A DNA stretch of 64,000 bases from Balanoglossus misakiensis (Eukaryota; Animalia; Hemichordata): NCBI GenBank assembly GCA_040954595.2, contig CM082582.2, positions 12,334,415 through 12,398,414 on the forward strand, in the 5' to 3' direction. Made by a program: the position numbers and the translations under genes. The notes beneath the pieces are model-generated. The model ran no database searches. It saw only the letters and a program-made list of their open reading frames with translations, and had not been told where the DNA came from. Positions 14,929 through 33,600 of the stretch are shown in pieces. Each line of letters opens with the position of its first letter. Position 1 is the stretch's first letter.

Positions 14929-15577
14929 TGTGTGAACTTTCTCTCAGCACTGGAAAAGTTGCGTTTGGTCTTTCCTCCAGGGTCTAGACTGTGTTTTGGT
15001 GGGCGGGACGTTCGATTTCAATACAGCCTATTACGCATGTGCAGGTTTCAAGGTTGAATATACTAGTATCATGAATAGCCAGGCCTTATGAATATCAAAG
15101 CACTGGTGGGTACTGCCCAAGTTAATGTCACGCGTATTTGCGTAACTATTGTTTGTACTGTGCGTTGGTTGATAAGAATAGATTAGTTGAACCAACGTGT
15201 CTGCACATACTTCAGAGAATATAGAGGTAACCTCTATATTCTCTGAAGTATGTTCTGCATGCATGCAAACATGCATGCGCAATATTGAACTGATCGATAG
15301 TAAAACAAAAACCATAAAAAAGGTATTGACATAAGCTTTATTCCAAGATATAACCCACCATGATCAGGGGAAGATAAGGAAGTGTAACTTTCACATCAGC
15401 GCATTGTATGGCTTCGTGATAACATGTACTACCATACTAAACCTAACAAAACGTGCACCTGTAAACTAAACAAATTCGACGGAAAGTGTACGAAAACATG
15501 AAGATCCCGTTTAGCAAAAATAAAGGCTTGAGTGATTCTATCCTCCAACCAATCGAGTAACACGTCATCTGATTGGT

Positions 15578-18500
15578 TCACGCGTTTCCAAACGCTGCTT
15601 GCTTGTTGTTGATTGGATGACTCATGAAGCGATCAGATTTTTGGTAGGCTGCGATTGCTGGTAGTGCCTGTGTAAAATGAAACCAGTCTCGTTTAATTAC
15701 AAATCGTTTGCTAGCTGCCATATCAACATTGAAGTTAGAAAATAAGTTAAATGGTCTGTATCATAACCATCGTGATTGTCTCTTTAGAATAGTTGTCCAA
15801 TGCACCTAGCTCAAGTATACAAAAATTACAACGTTGTAAAAAGTTTAAGCCATCAGGACGCAACCTTTGCATTTTTATACATCGTGACTTACCTCAAATC
15901 TGGCCATCAGATCCTAGTTGCGGATTCGAAAATAAAGAAACACAAATTAGTCTCAGGGAAGGAATAACCAATTTATGTCTACACAGTTGAAAATATATCT
16001 GAATCATAAACGCAGCAATGTCTAGTTACTTGGTGAATGGATAAACCTTAAACACAACTACTTACTTTCAAGTTCTGGTATTTGTCCAGAATTGTTGCTT
16101 CAACCGTGCGGAGTTGGTCCATCAGCTCATACATATGGAAGTCGGGAAAAGTCAGCTGTGGTGCACGGAAATAGGCAATTTAGTAAAAATATATCTACGT
16201 TCTTAAACATTTCTGTTAGACAGAGAAATACTGGCACGTTAATATCAGTGGTTCATTTCAAATAAAACGCCCACTTTCACGAGAATACTTAGCATAAAAT
16301 ACTTTCCTAGGACGAATCAAATCAAATCAAATCAATCGTGATGTAAAAAGTGCAAAAGAAATTCATTCCTTACATTTTCACCAGCAAACCATTTATTGTT
16401 GCCAAGATACTCAGAGAAACTCTTCAACCTATCATCAGCAGCTTTCAGGAATTCAGGTTTCAGTTCTTCCTGAAATGACAAAATAATTAAATCATTTACG
16501 ACTAGTAGATTAATCAATTGATTGACAGAAATTAGCTATTTTACTTTTGATATTGCTTTATAGTCTTAAGAGCGTGACTTACAAATTTCGGGTTGTAGAA
16601 ATACCCGACCATGAAGTTTCGGAGATCCATGGAAATTTCGCCCATAAAATCACAGCGTATTCCTTCAGCTTCGTTGGTTCCCACTATAAAAGGACAGAAA
16701 AGTCGATTGCGCTAGGATTAAGGTTAGTTGATAACGATATTGTCGTCAACTCCTCTTCAGCCTGTCATCCGGAAAAAAAGATCTACAGCCAAGTTACTTA
16801 CATAGATTAGTCTTGCGTGCAATGTACCGGTAGCAGGCGGTACTTTGAGTCAGTTTAACGTCTCCGTCGATTACGTACGGCAACTGCAGAAAACGATGAA
16901 CAAAGTAAGGGTGTGGTTATGTTCAAATCTGAAAAGTTATTGACTTTTGACGACTACCTATGAACTAGGTGTTAGTCCTGACGTGTCACGAGAATGTTCC
17001 TCCATATAGATTGCCTAGCAACGCCAAACCTCGCTAGGTCTCTTATAGTTCGAAAATGCTCTATTCTACGGAATTAGTCGGTCATTGGTTCGAACTCGCG
17101 GGTCTTGCTCAAAACGGGTGGCTGTGTACTCACATTTGGAAATGGTAGTCCAAGCTTGAATTTTTCCGACAGCCACTCATCCATATTGAACTCTGGTGCT
17201 GAAAGTTGACATGGCATCAGAGGTCATTACTGCGAATAATATTATTTGACCAAAAACGGTCTCCAAAATATGGATATCTTCACAATGATCCCATAACGTC
17301 CTACCCGTTTGTGTTCATATACCAAAGTCTGTCTGGGCTGTCTGTCTGTCTGCCACTGTCTAGCTATAGCTATCTACGGAATGTACGTACAGTACGCCTG
17401 CCTATAGTGTCATTTTACAGAATGTATGAGTATATACATACCCGGTCCGATTTCATAGAGTTTTTGTGTGTACTCTAACCCGGAATATTCAAGCATGTAG
17501 CGAGCTGGTTGTAAAAGCTAAAAATATAAAAATATAAAAAAGTAGCATATTATCAGACAAATGTAGCATGGAAGTTGGAGAAAGACACGTGACGACTTCT
17601 TGTAAGATTCAGGTCTTCATTAGGTGTTTTGTATAATCACTCTTGTGTAATCCATCTTCTTTGTTTGTCTTTGGTTTTCATGACGTGTAATATAAAACAC
17701 TAATATTCGATAACTTAATAGTGCACCTTTGACGTCAACTGGCAGGAAGATTTTCAACCGTTGATACTGATAAACAATGAGTATTATAAAATGTAAGAAC
17801 CAGTGACAAAACTAATGAGTCATACTTGCAGGGAAATTTCAATATTATAAATTTGTTCAATTTGAATGTTAAGAAATACATGTTTGTACCCTTGAAGATT
17901 TTACTATTCATAACTATTCACCTTATTGTCGCTGTTTTTGATTTGTGATGCTTAGAAGAAGGGAAAAACAGTCTGGGAGGAACAAAGGGTTTAACTGGTC
18001 TGCCCGTTTGCTTTTGTGTACAATTCCATAGCAGTGACTTTTATGAGCCCAACCCACAAAAAGATGCACAATCATGCAAGCACACTATATGCGGGTCACA
18101 CTGAGATCGACTGAAGAGCGCGAAACACTGGGGAAACGATCTCGAATGTAATACAGCAAAAAGATGTGAAAACGGGTGATTGTTCATTGTTTCAAAAATG
18201 AATCTATGAAGTTCGTAAAAGAATGTCACTTTCAGAATGGCAGTTGAATTGCGAATACTCAGTCATGACCTCGGTGATGCTAGTGTCCTTGATTTCTGTG
18301 GTTCAACAACCGTGTATGCAAACGCAGTGAGCCGTTGCAAGCTCTCGCAAGTGAAAGTCGGCCTTTCTGAACTCCCTGTTTAAGTTTGCATGTGCCTAGA
18401 AAATCAAAGTCCCTGTGCACTTTTGGCACATTGCTGAAGTCAACTTTAGAGTATGATTTAAGAGAATTCTCTCTTTTAAAAAATGAGAGTTAAAATTCCT

Positions 18501-18629
18501 TACAAGTATGCACGAAAGTTAACTGTGACCCCATTTGTCAATTGACGTGTCCTAGATATGGGGTGTGTGTTTTTCATCAAAGTGTATACTTACCCCGCGA
18601 ATTTTCCAGTACGCTATCACGATCGGCAT
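15578..18629 (-). CDS. GSTM: Glutathione S-transferase, Mu class, copy 2 (9 exons, 218 aa)
   Basis: Exons 18629-18594, 17517-17442, 17198-17134, 16883-16802, 16683-16583, 16469-16374, 16155-16066, 15913-15893, 15667-15578; same exon sizes as copy 1; YWKIRG, FPNLPY, WFAGEN, LTFPDF. Confidence 0.93.
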
Positions 18630-19513
18630 ATTGTACACACTGGTGTTTACACTGGTGCTGACAGAAGAGCAATGTCACTTGCGCTGTTAGATCTGTTAGA
18701 ATAATGTGAATAATAATGATGTATGCAGCTTAAATAAAATTGCAATGCATCTTGGGATATGCAAAACTGTCGAGTCATCACCTTCAGTTTTGCCAATTTC
18801 TGCCGCTTAACAGGGTAGACTTTTCTATTTGAAGTTATTATATCGATACTAGTATTTATTGTCTAGTCAATCACTGCACAACATTGTTCAAACACAATCC
18901 TTCCATCACCATCTTCATGGACCGTGTATACTTGGGGGAGGGACTCTTGTGTGCCGACCGCGAGGGCCACTTTTCACTATAACTCCCATCATGTAACTCT
19001 ACAATGGTTAGTGGCATTTTGTGACGTGAATCATGTCTGCATTCCAAGGTCGTACCACTACCCTGTCTATACATATAGACGGGGAAGTGGTAGGGGTACG
19101 GACCCGCAGTAACATGGCAACAAAAACCTGCATCAAGGCTGTGGGCACACTCAAGACTCTTCCTTTATCCGTTACTATACGTAACAGCTTTCTGTGATCT
19201 AAAAATATACTTGTAAAGTTGTACCTGGTAACCGTGACCTTCAAAAACAAAAGTATATGATTGTACGATCGTCTGGAGGCGTACTATTTTAAAACAAGAG
19301 GGCTACCACAAATTACCGTCTGGTGGCGCTGTTTTTTACGATCGGAGCCACTTTAATGAAAACGTGGGGAAAAGAATCACATAAACACAAGAGAAATTTA
19401 ATCAATATAAATTACTAGTATATAAAACATGTTAGTCAAACATCTATTGACTTACCTGTATAAAGGACAATTAACGTTTCATGACCCATTGTTTCTTCCA
19501 CTCAGACAGGTCA

Positions 19514-19586
19514 GTTTCCGTAGTGTAGCGGTTATCACGTTCGCCTAACACGCGAAAGGTCCCCGGTTCGAGCCCGGGCGGAAACA
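19514..19586 (+). tRNA. tRNA-Val (anticodon AAC)
   Basis: GTTTCCG...CGGAAACA acceptor stem, A box TAGTGTAGCGG, anticodon loop CTAACAC, B box GGTTCGAGCCC, 73 nt. Confidence 0.97.
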
Positions 19587-19592
19587 TCCAAA

Positions 19593-19598
19593 TTTTTT
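19593..19598 (+). terminator. RNA polymerase III terminator (T6)
   Basis: T6 run 6 nt after the tRNA 3' end. Confidence 0.8.
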
Positions 19599-19971
19599 GC
19601 AACTCTGTACAATAACTTTTAAAATCTCATCCGTGTAATTTTATTTTGCTGGTGTTAACAAAATCCTTGAACATCTTTTTTTGTACAATGCGTTGATCCA
19701 ACATTGATAAGTTGACATGAAAAGTTTTTGAGTAACATGGCACCACCACCTCTAACTAATATTATTGTTTCCGGGTTCAACCACCACCATTTTGCATGTG
19801 CCGTATGAAACAGTAATTCCTTTTGTGTCCTACACTACAAGCTTTCGGTTTGTCCTTGAAAAGTATGCATGACACAAGTAGCATGGCTATATTTGGTACA
19901 GCTGCTTTAATAACGGCGCATGGTCGAAAACATATGAAGTCATTTTCAGTGGAAAATATGAGCAATACTAT

Positions 19972-20018
19972 TTCTGAGAAATACTGCACGGGGAAGTCCC
20001 CTTTTCAAATTGACCAAT
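19972..20018 (+). promoter_or_regulatory. Putative GAS (STAT) + NF-kB site + CCAAT box upstream of macro-Deltex gene A
   Basis: TTCTGAGAA at 19972-19980 (TTCN3GAA), GGGGAAGTCCCC at 19990-20001 (GGGRNNYYCC), CCAAT at 20014-20018; probable non-coding first exon ends at donor 20193. Confidence 0.55.
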
Positions 20019-20334
20019 GGCTGATGATTACGAAAAGGACAACCGATTTGGATTGCGCAGAAGACTGCACAGCGTACTCATGGCATGTTTTGTTCAAAAT
20101 ATCACCTCGGCAACGCGAACGAGCGGGCAAGACACAGAGAAAACACAGACTCCACTTTGAAGACCACTAAAAACTGTATGTGTACATTTGAAGGTAAGGA
20201 TACATGTATATGTGTAAATAAGCCTAATTGCTGTGGACTATTTTTCTATTGGTCTGTGTTAATGAATGCGCGTGACGTGTCCTTACTGTGAAATATACGA
20301 ATTAATTAGGACTTTGTCCGAAGCATAAACTCAC

Positions 20335-20363
<29 letters not shown>
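20335..20363. repeat. (CA)n microsatellite
   Basis: Direct reading. Confidence 0.9.
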
Positions 20364-20365
<2 letters not shown>

Positions 20366-20708
20366 ACACACATGCACATACACGGCGTTTTCTGATGTAC
20401 CAGTAAGTTATAATTCAAGGTCGTGCATTCAATAAATATATACACAGCTTTCAATATGCAAGGAAACTGCCATTTCTGTCAATAAGCTGTATAGGGTGAA
20501 TCAAATCGCCACCACTTTACATGCATGTACATGTCCTTGTGTCCTGGACTACCCACATATCTAAGTAGGGTCGTGACCCTCTCAGATCATTTGTCAATAA
20601 GGAATTTAGCCGTACAGATAAAGTCTTTCTCCCTTGTAGCTTAATATGTGATTAAATTAGTTGTAATATTCAATCACTAAAATAAGGTTGTTTTCTGTTA
20701 CAGGTTGA

Positions 20709-25941
<5,233 letters not shown>

Positions 25942-27669
25942 ACACAGGATCGAAGTTGAACTTTGCGTCAATTTTCCGATGGTGATGCAATAACGTTGAT
26001 TTCATGTACATATCAGCAGACACTTTGTGACTAACATTTATGTATGTCTAGTAGCGTTAAATAGTTAATTTTGTTTTCGCATGTTCAACACAATAACCGA
26101 ATTATTTTAATAACCGTTACAAATATTCAAATTGGATAATTTAAAATGGATAAAAGCAAGTCATGAATACATTATATAGTGTAGCATGCCCTCTTCGACG
26201 ATATGCGTTGTAGTCAGGTGAGGAGATGATGGCAACTTCGGTCGTCCGTTTGCGGTCTCCGTGTCCGCGATGTTGGCTGCTGTTTTGGTGACCTGACTCA
26301 CTAGTACGCGTTTTTGAGGGACTCTTTAAAGTCCGGGTGCTTGTGAGTCTTTCGAATATTTAGCTAATCATTTCTGAGAGAGTGGAGGTGTCTTCCTGTT
26401 TGCTTGTGTGAGCCTCCGTGTAACGTATTCAAGAAGACATTGGTGAATCTATTGTGTACTGAATGAATGTCACATGTACACGTGTGTAAATGACGTCGTC
26501 GTTTGCTGTCAGAATTCCTGCTCATCTTTCCGATGAGTTTTAATTTGTGTAATTCAATACGCAGGAAGCTTTCCACCCAGCATGTAGCATTTCGTTTCGT
26601 TAAATTTGTGGCAGTCTGTAAAAAGCCATGATATTGTCGTGACTATCCCGGTTGATATTCTCAGGACACTGTACTTCTCACAGGGTAGTGGACACACATG
26701 CATGGTTGCTGTGCACTGTGTAAAGCTATCAGAATATCAAATGACGTGTCCGTCAACTTGAGACTAACTCTAAATATACAAGAGCTGGGTATTTTATTTA
26801 TGGGAAAGCTTTTAAACTTGCTTGTTTGGTGTGCTGTTAATATTGAAATGTGCCCCTTGACTTAGTATTGTTGTTCATCTCAATGCAGCTAGGCCATACT
26901 TTAGCAGTTGCACATGCATTGCTGATTAGAAAATATGCAAACTAACTAGAAAGAGACAGTGACTGCTTAGCCCATGCCAGTCCCATATGTTCTATTTATT
27001 CGGACATTACCATTCTAGTGTAACGTCGTTGTCAATCAAGGACAACTTTTGGCATAAGAAAGCAACTACAATGAGTTTATTTCGTACAACATTCCTTGTT
27101 AAAATGATGTGGATCTGGTTACAAGTTCTCTGTTGAATGACTCATGGATGACCCAAATTCAACGTAAAGGATACATAGGATACAATATACATTTCTGTAT
27201 GCAACTCTATACAATATTTCTACAGCCTCGTACTACAAAGTTTTGGTATTCGTAAATAATCACGTAGGACTATTCAGTGTACACATTTGGTTGCTGGCGA
27301 GTTAGTTTTCAAGCTTTTGTTTTGTTTTGTTTTCACTAAGTTTTATTTTTTCTTCAATTTCCTAAATTCGTGGCATTGTATTTCGTGTCCCCTATATTTT
27401 ATTACCAATTTTCATTATATATACAAGTGAATGAGTTTCTAGCAAATCAAAGTAGGCGCAAAGTGTAACTGCTACAATGTACACCATTGCAAAAAATGCG
27501 GTTGCTACTTTACATTACACTGTACAGCATGGCAAACAATGCGTCGTTACTTTTTATCCCATTTCCAATTTACAATCAATATATCACACATTGGTTTGCA
27601 GGGTCTCTCTGAACAGTGGGAATCGTTTCGCACATGCGTAGGTCAGACGACCCTCTCCCTTTGAAAGTT

Positions 27670-30562
27670 TCATCGGAATGTTATCAAATATTCTGGATAG
27701 GCTTGTTCGTCATGAAATGTCACGTACATGTTCGGGTTTTGTTCATTGTCTGTGGAAGTATCATATCTGTCGCCGTTACTCCCCTGGATAAGATCCGGTT
27801 CGATCATATCCGCTCTTCCACGGCAGGTCTTGCCGACTAAAACCTTCACTTGGAACATGAATCTGTTGCCATTGTTATCAGCCGGGGAGTAATAGGGTTT
27901 CATGGAATATCCCGATCGTACAGCAAAATAGACACCTTTCCCTTCTCGGGTGCCAACTGCAAAAAATAAACAGATTCGTATACATTATTTGGTACACTGT
28001 TTTGGAAGAAATTAAGTCTAACAATAAATGAAGAAAGCAACGTCAGAGTGAAAGTTACAAGTGCATAGTTTGTAGTTCACGCTTACCTGCAGTCCCCGCA
28101 TATGACCTGTTAAATCCACTTTTTGTGATAAACCCGACACTTTCTGGCTTGGTCCCATGGTATAGTCGTCTTTGGTTGCGGCTGTAGGTACAAATTGAAA
28201 ACATCAACAGAAAAAAATGAACCTACTATGACCCAGCTTGCTTTGAAAAATACGTATCGGAATGACAAAACTTAGTATTGCCTGATGATCTTACAGAAAA
28301 TTAATTCACGATGGTATCATACAGAATCTGCAATTAAATAATTCTGTCGGCTGCTATGCCACATCAAGAGAAGGTGAATATAACGTTTACATACTTCTTT
28401 GGATATTTCATCTCCAATGCTCTCTTCCTCAACGTGTAGATTTGATACTGAAGTTTGTGTTGTATCCTCTCAATTTTCATCACTGTTGGATTGTTACCAT
28501 CCGACTTGGCAACAAAGCCATTTTCGACAAGCTTATACTCATCAGAACCTTTGTTCAGAGATACCAGGAAAGGTTCTGCGGGTTTGTGCTTATGCGGAAA
28601 TGGAGTCCAGTTGTCGGGAACTTTCACACCTGAAAAAAAGTATCAAATTATCAACGCCGGGTATATACTATTAAATCCAACACCTCAAGCGCAGTGTGTA
28701 AATGTTCACCTTGATTCAGCTGTTTTTACTGTAGGCCAATCAGGCCGTCAGGCACCACCAAAGCATTGCTTAATGCACAGGCACGGAATAATATAGGAAT
28801 TTAAAAACCATATCCGTCTAGAAATAAAAATGTATAAATGCAAACATGCGCAATGTTTCATCTAGGTTGTGGGATTGTGTCGAACCTATGTCACGTGTTT
28901 GACACCTACCTGCACCTTCCGGTCCCTTTCGTTCCAGTTTGAATGTTTTGTTCCGCCTGAGATCAGTTTCTTTCATCGTTTTGAAATCCACTTCATAAGC
29001 CAGACTTCCATCTTCTGCCATGAGATAAACTCCTGATTGTCCAGACATCTTGGCCGTCTCTAAGTCAAAATTCCACATTGTGTCGAATGGCCTCTTTTGT
29101 GAACCATCATCATAGGACCTAGTTTGTGGAAATTCTCATATAAGTCATACATGTGCATGTACTACATAATGTATGTGTGTCTGGTGAATATTTTGTCGGG
29201 TATATTGTTAACCTTTATTGCAACTGAACAGGCAACTTCTGCCACTGGACAAACATTTGGTTCTAGGCCCTTGACCCGGTGGGTATAGTAGGATGTGTTC
29301 TTGTTGGATGGTGGACAAAACAATTCACACACCAAAACACACACGAAGGTTATTTACCATTTGACAGTCTTTTTCAATCCTGCCGCCGCCGAGTATTTCT
29401 CCAACCAAATGTTGATCTGTGACTTGTACTTTTCGACGTCATGCTTCAGACCTCTGAGATGAAGCGCCTTGGTGGTTTTAGTGCCAGGCAGAAATTTACT
29501 GACACTGTACCCTGTAACATTTAATGAAGGATTTGATTATTTTGACATGCATAGTATGAGTGCCAGCAAATCGCCAAAATGTTACTGAGAAAAATCGCAA
29601 ACAGAGGTCATGATCAAAAACGTGTTACACATCAAAATATTACCACAATTACATTTTTGATTATCACTGTCAGTTTTAACATCGACGTTGTTATGAGCAC
29701 CGATAGCCTTTACACGCCTCACGTCGGCATCATCAAGCTGCGGTATACATTCATTTTCAATCTTATCCTCGATGAATTCTTCGTTGATAATCTTCTGCAC
29801 TTCTCTTTCTGCCCTGTCTATGTCACCGGCGTTGTCCGCAAATATGGTGATGGTCACTTCCGGTGGACCTTCATTGAAAGAAGAGAATGGATTTGAGTGT
29901 TATAGGTTGAAATGATGGCTCATTTCGTCCTAGACACATTAAACATGTTGAACGCATAAAAGAATGATATCTTCTAAGCTATGGTCCTAGTGCATCTTTT
30001 TCCATTGTTTGATCTAATGATTATTACCGTGGACTTGATGAGCAGGAGCATGCTTGGCATGGCTTGTGCTTCTATGTCCGATCGACGTCGCATGCGGTTG
30101 TCTGCTACCCTGCAATACTTCTCCCAGTTTTCTTGCAAAATCAGACACCATGTTGCGCTGGAAAATGACAACTTTCACGGATGTCAGAGACTGTGGGTTG
30201 CTTCTTGAGAACCGTTTCACACCCTCTATGATTCCTCTCGCAGATTCTTCTGAGGATAACCCGAAGTAACCTGGAACGAGAGGATAAATACATGTTTCGA
30301 TAGTCATAAAAGTAAAATATCAAAAGACGACAATACCGAGATTATGGAGAAAGCTGGATTACCAACTAACCTGTTCCTATAGCAGGCAATGCGACGGAAT
30401 TCATGTTGTTACTGTCGGCAAGCTCCAAAGTGTCCTTTACTACATTCGCTAAATTTGCCGCATTTGGACAAATCACATGAATAATTCCTCTGGTATTCTG
30501 TAATGATCCAGCACCTGTGTAATTCAATATCACAATGATCGCATTAACAAGAGCACTGCTAC

Positions 30563-30628
<66 letters not shown>

Positions 30629-33600
30629 GTGGGTCTATTTATATAATAATAAATTAAAAACTTCAACTGACCAGTTATAATGGGGCCATTGTTAAGATTA
30701 TGTTTCTCTCTGCTATATTCGCCATCAATGCTGTTACCCCCAGAGTTGATAATAGCTCGTCCAACCTGCCCTTGCTCTGAAAAGAAAATTAATATTGTTT
30801 TTTTTTTGTTCATTACTTTGCATGTTCGAAAGGTTGAGACTTGCAACCAGTCTGTGAAGACGAAAACTGAAATCTGAAAGGTAAACCTTAATAGGAATTA
30901 TTTATATTACATATGAACAGTCAGACTTACCTAGGTTTGGTGCGACGGGATTTACTATGGCATCAACGTTTTCTTTGGTAAGGTCACCTCCTTTTATATG
31001 CAAGGCCAAGGAACCAAATTTTGCGTATTTTTCTTCTCTTCCGGCTTCAAATCATAAATGAAGAAAAGAGTATTAGACGACAGCACCAGCCAGATGGCAC
31101 AATTAGAGTTATTAATGATTTAGCTGTACCATTGTACTCTACATTTTGTTCTTATAAAGGATCAGTGTCGTCCCGTCTGCGACTGCGCACATGGGTCCAA
31201 TCACGACGCAGTTACTTTCATGTACCAAGTCTTGCTTGGCAGGGACAATGTTGATTGTGGACGATATTTTACGTTGTACCACACTTCTGGTATAATACAG
31301 TGTACATAGTCCGTCTGCGAGATTCGCAATAGGCGAAATGCGTGTGTCCATATAGTGGTTACTGAAGTAATTATTTAGATGCAGTTTACATGTACTTACA
31401 AGCAGCCTGGACTGAGTGCCGAGGCCCACCGGCACCACTATCTTTGTGACTCCCTAGCTGACTCTTGAATGCATCCACGCTATCTGCGTCAAAGACTATG
31501 AAACGAATGTCCTGTTGAATATTGAAGGTATACAATCACCCTGAGTTTACATATGTCCACATAAGGTTTAAAGGGTGTGTCTATATCTCCGTAGCCGTTT
31601 TGTGGCATACTTCTGTGTGTGAACACTCCACGAAAATTCGAGTTACAGCCTGCAATGATTACACACGAGTCTGAAACATTGACAACAAAACAAGTTTCAC
31701 CTTTACGCTTGATTGCTGACTCTTGCGGGCGAAAGACAGTGCCTCTTGGATCATAATTTCGGCGACTCTGTCATGGGGAAACCGGAGGAATCCTGTTCCA
31801 AGACTTGGAAATGCTATCGAGGAAAAATTTGCGCGAGAAGCTTTTTGGAGCGATTCCTTCACAACACCACGAAGTACCTGTGGGTTAAACCATACACTCA
31901 TTTGTTAGATCATTCGTTTTCTGAGTAAGTTACACTTCCGTTTGATCATATTTGTCATTCGTCAATGTACCATTTGAAGTTGAATTCTTACTTGACCAGA
32001 TGGTTCTCTCCTTACCTTTTCACCCTTTCCACCATCCCATCTGTCCATCACACAGTGATAAACTCTCTTGCATTTCAAATTACCAGAGCCCGTAGATTTG
32101 ACTTCTCCAACGTTCAAGCTTCCCAGAGCCTGTGTTTCCTAACAACGTGAACGTCACAAGGATTAAGTACTATAAGAGAACCCGTCTTATTCACTCTACA
32201 TATAGTTTTGGGAATCTTGGCAACAATTGTGTATATTTTGTTTCATTAGTTTGCGCCAGGTTCATGCAAACGCGTATGCAAGTGTGAGAATACTGTTTTA
32301 CTCCACTTAAGTTACTCCAACGTATCGTGTGGATAGTACAGTTTCTTACCTGCAGAAGACTATTACCAGCTTTTGCGAGAATTGCTTTAGAGATCCCACC
32401 TCTGAACGGGCTCTCGATATCACTACCAATGGAATTGACGATTGCATCGACCTGTTGATTAAAAAATGTTGCACTTGGTGAAATATTAGTTGCCTTTAGT
32501 GTCAACATTTTAAAATGCAAGCCTTAGAGAGATCAAGCAAACGTCCTTCAGTCAAATTGTCATCAGTTCATCTTTAAGTCACTTGATAAGTTTACATAAT
32601 TAATTGCCTTGGAAGAAGAATTCCTTTAATTTGTAAAACTGCCTACTTGATTTTGTTTATTGTTGAGCCTGAATATCACCAGGTACAAACAAGACATTGG
32701 CGAAACTTTTCATCAACCCATTTTACCTTTTCCACCGAGATATCACCTTGTTTCACAACCAACTTGGCTCCGGATTGATGCAGTGTAGTGTCACCTGGTG
32801 ATGAAAGACTTCGGATGCCTTTGGCTGAACTCAACCCTGGCACATCTTTACGTTCTGCAAACTGACCCTTGAATCAAAAAGAAAAAAACACCGTATAAGC
32901 AACAGTGTAGACATAATATGTCCATCTCAACCAGGGCCAAGGTAGTTTACATGTTTTATGACTTTGACAATCAGTTTGATGATCATGCCAACCGAAATAT
33001 ACTCGGCATGGCCGTTTGACTGGTGTTAACAAAACGTCAGCAAAATAAAACTAAATGCTTTTACCTTTTTGTTGACATGAATGGCACAGGAGACGCGTTG
33101 TTCAACACTCTTGGCCAAGTGTTCACCTTTGCCCTCTATAAATAACTTGCAATGACCTAAGACAAGGGAAGTAAGATAATATGATTTGCCATAAATCCTT
33201 AGATATAAGTTAAATTGAAGTAACATTTATTTGGTTTGGGAAACGAATTATGGAAAGCCTTGTGAACATTTTCTTTGTTTACCTGTGTCTGTGATTCTAA
33301 TATGTTTCTTCTTCCTCTCTATGTTCTGCACCATGCCCTGGAGTCTTCGCTTAGCTTCACCAGTTGCTTCTGGGTTTCCTTCCAGATAAATGCCTGTTGG
33401 TTTGAGCGTCAATTTGCCTTTCGTTTGGTAGAGTTGCTGTCTGATTTCGTCAATGTCTCCTTCACTCTTGTGACTTTTTATGAACCTCATGATGTTCTCA
33501 TCGACATCCAAAAATGTCGACGTTTTCAAATTGGCTTGTATGAACTCATGTAGATTCTTGACGGCAGGTTCAACATTCTGTCGTACTCCAACAACATCCA

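Noticed and set aside
20085-20193. Coding first exon for gene A
   Set aside because: Splicing 20193 to 20704 gives G|GT TGA, an immediate stop; more likely 5' UTR with a uORF
26130-26600. Short open frames between the convergent ends of gene A and the PARP
   Set aside because: No recognisable motif or consistent splice structure
30366-30846. Poly-Met and poly-Asp ORFs
   Set aside because: Translations of an intronic (TCA)22 microsatellite between two real PARP exons
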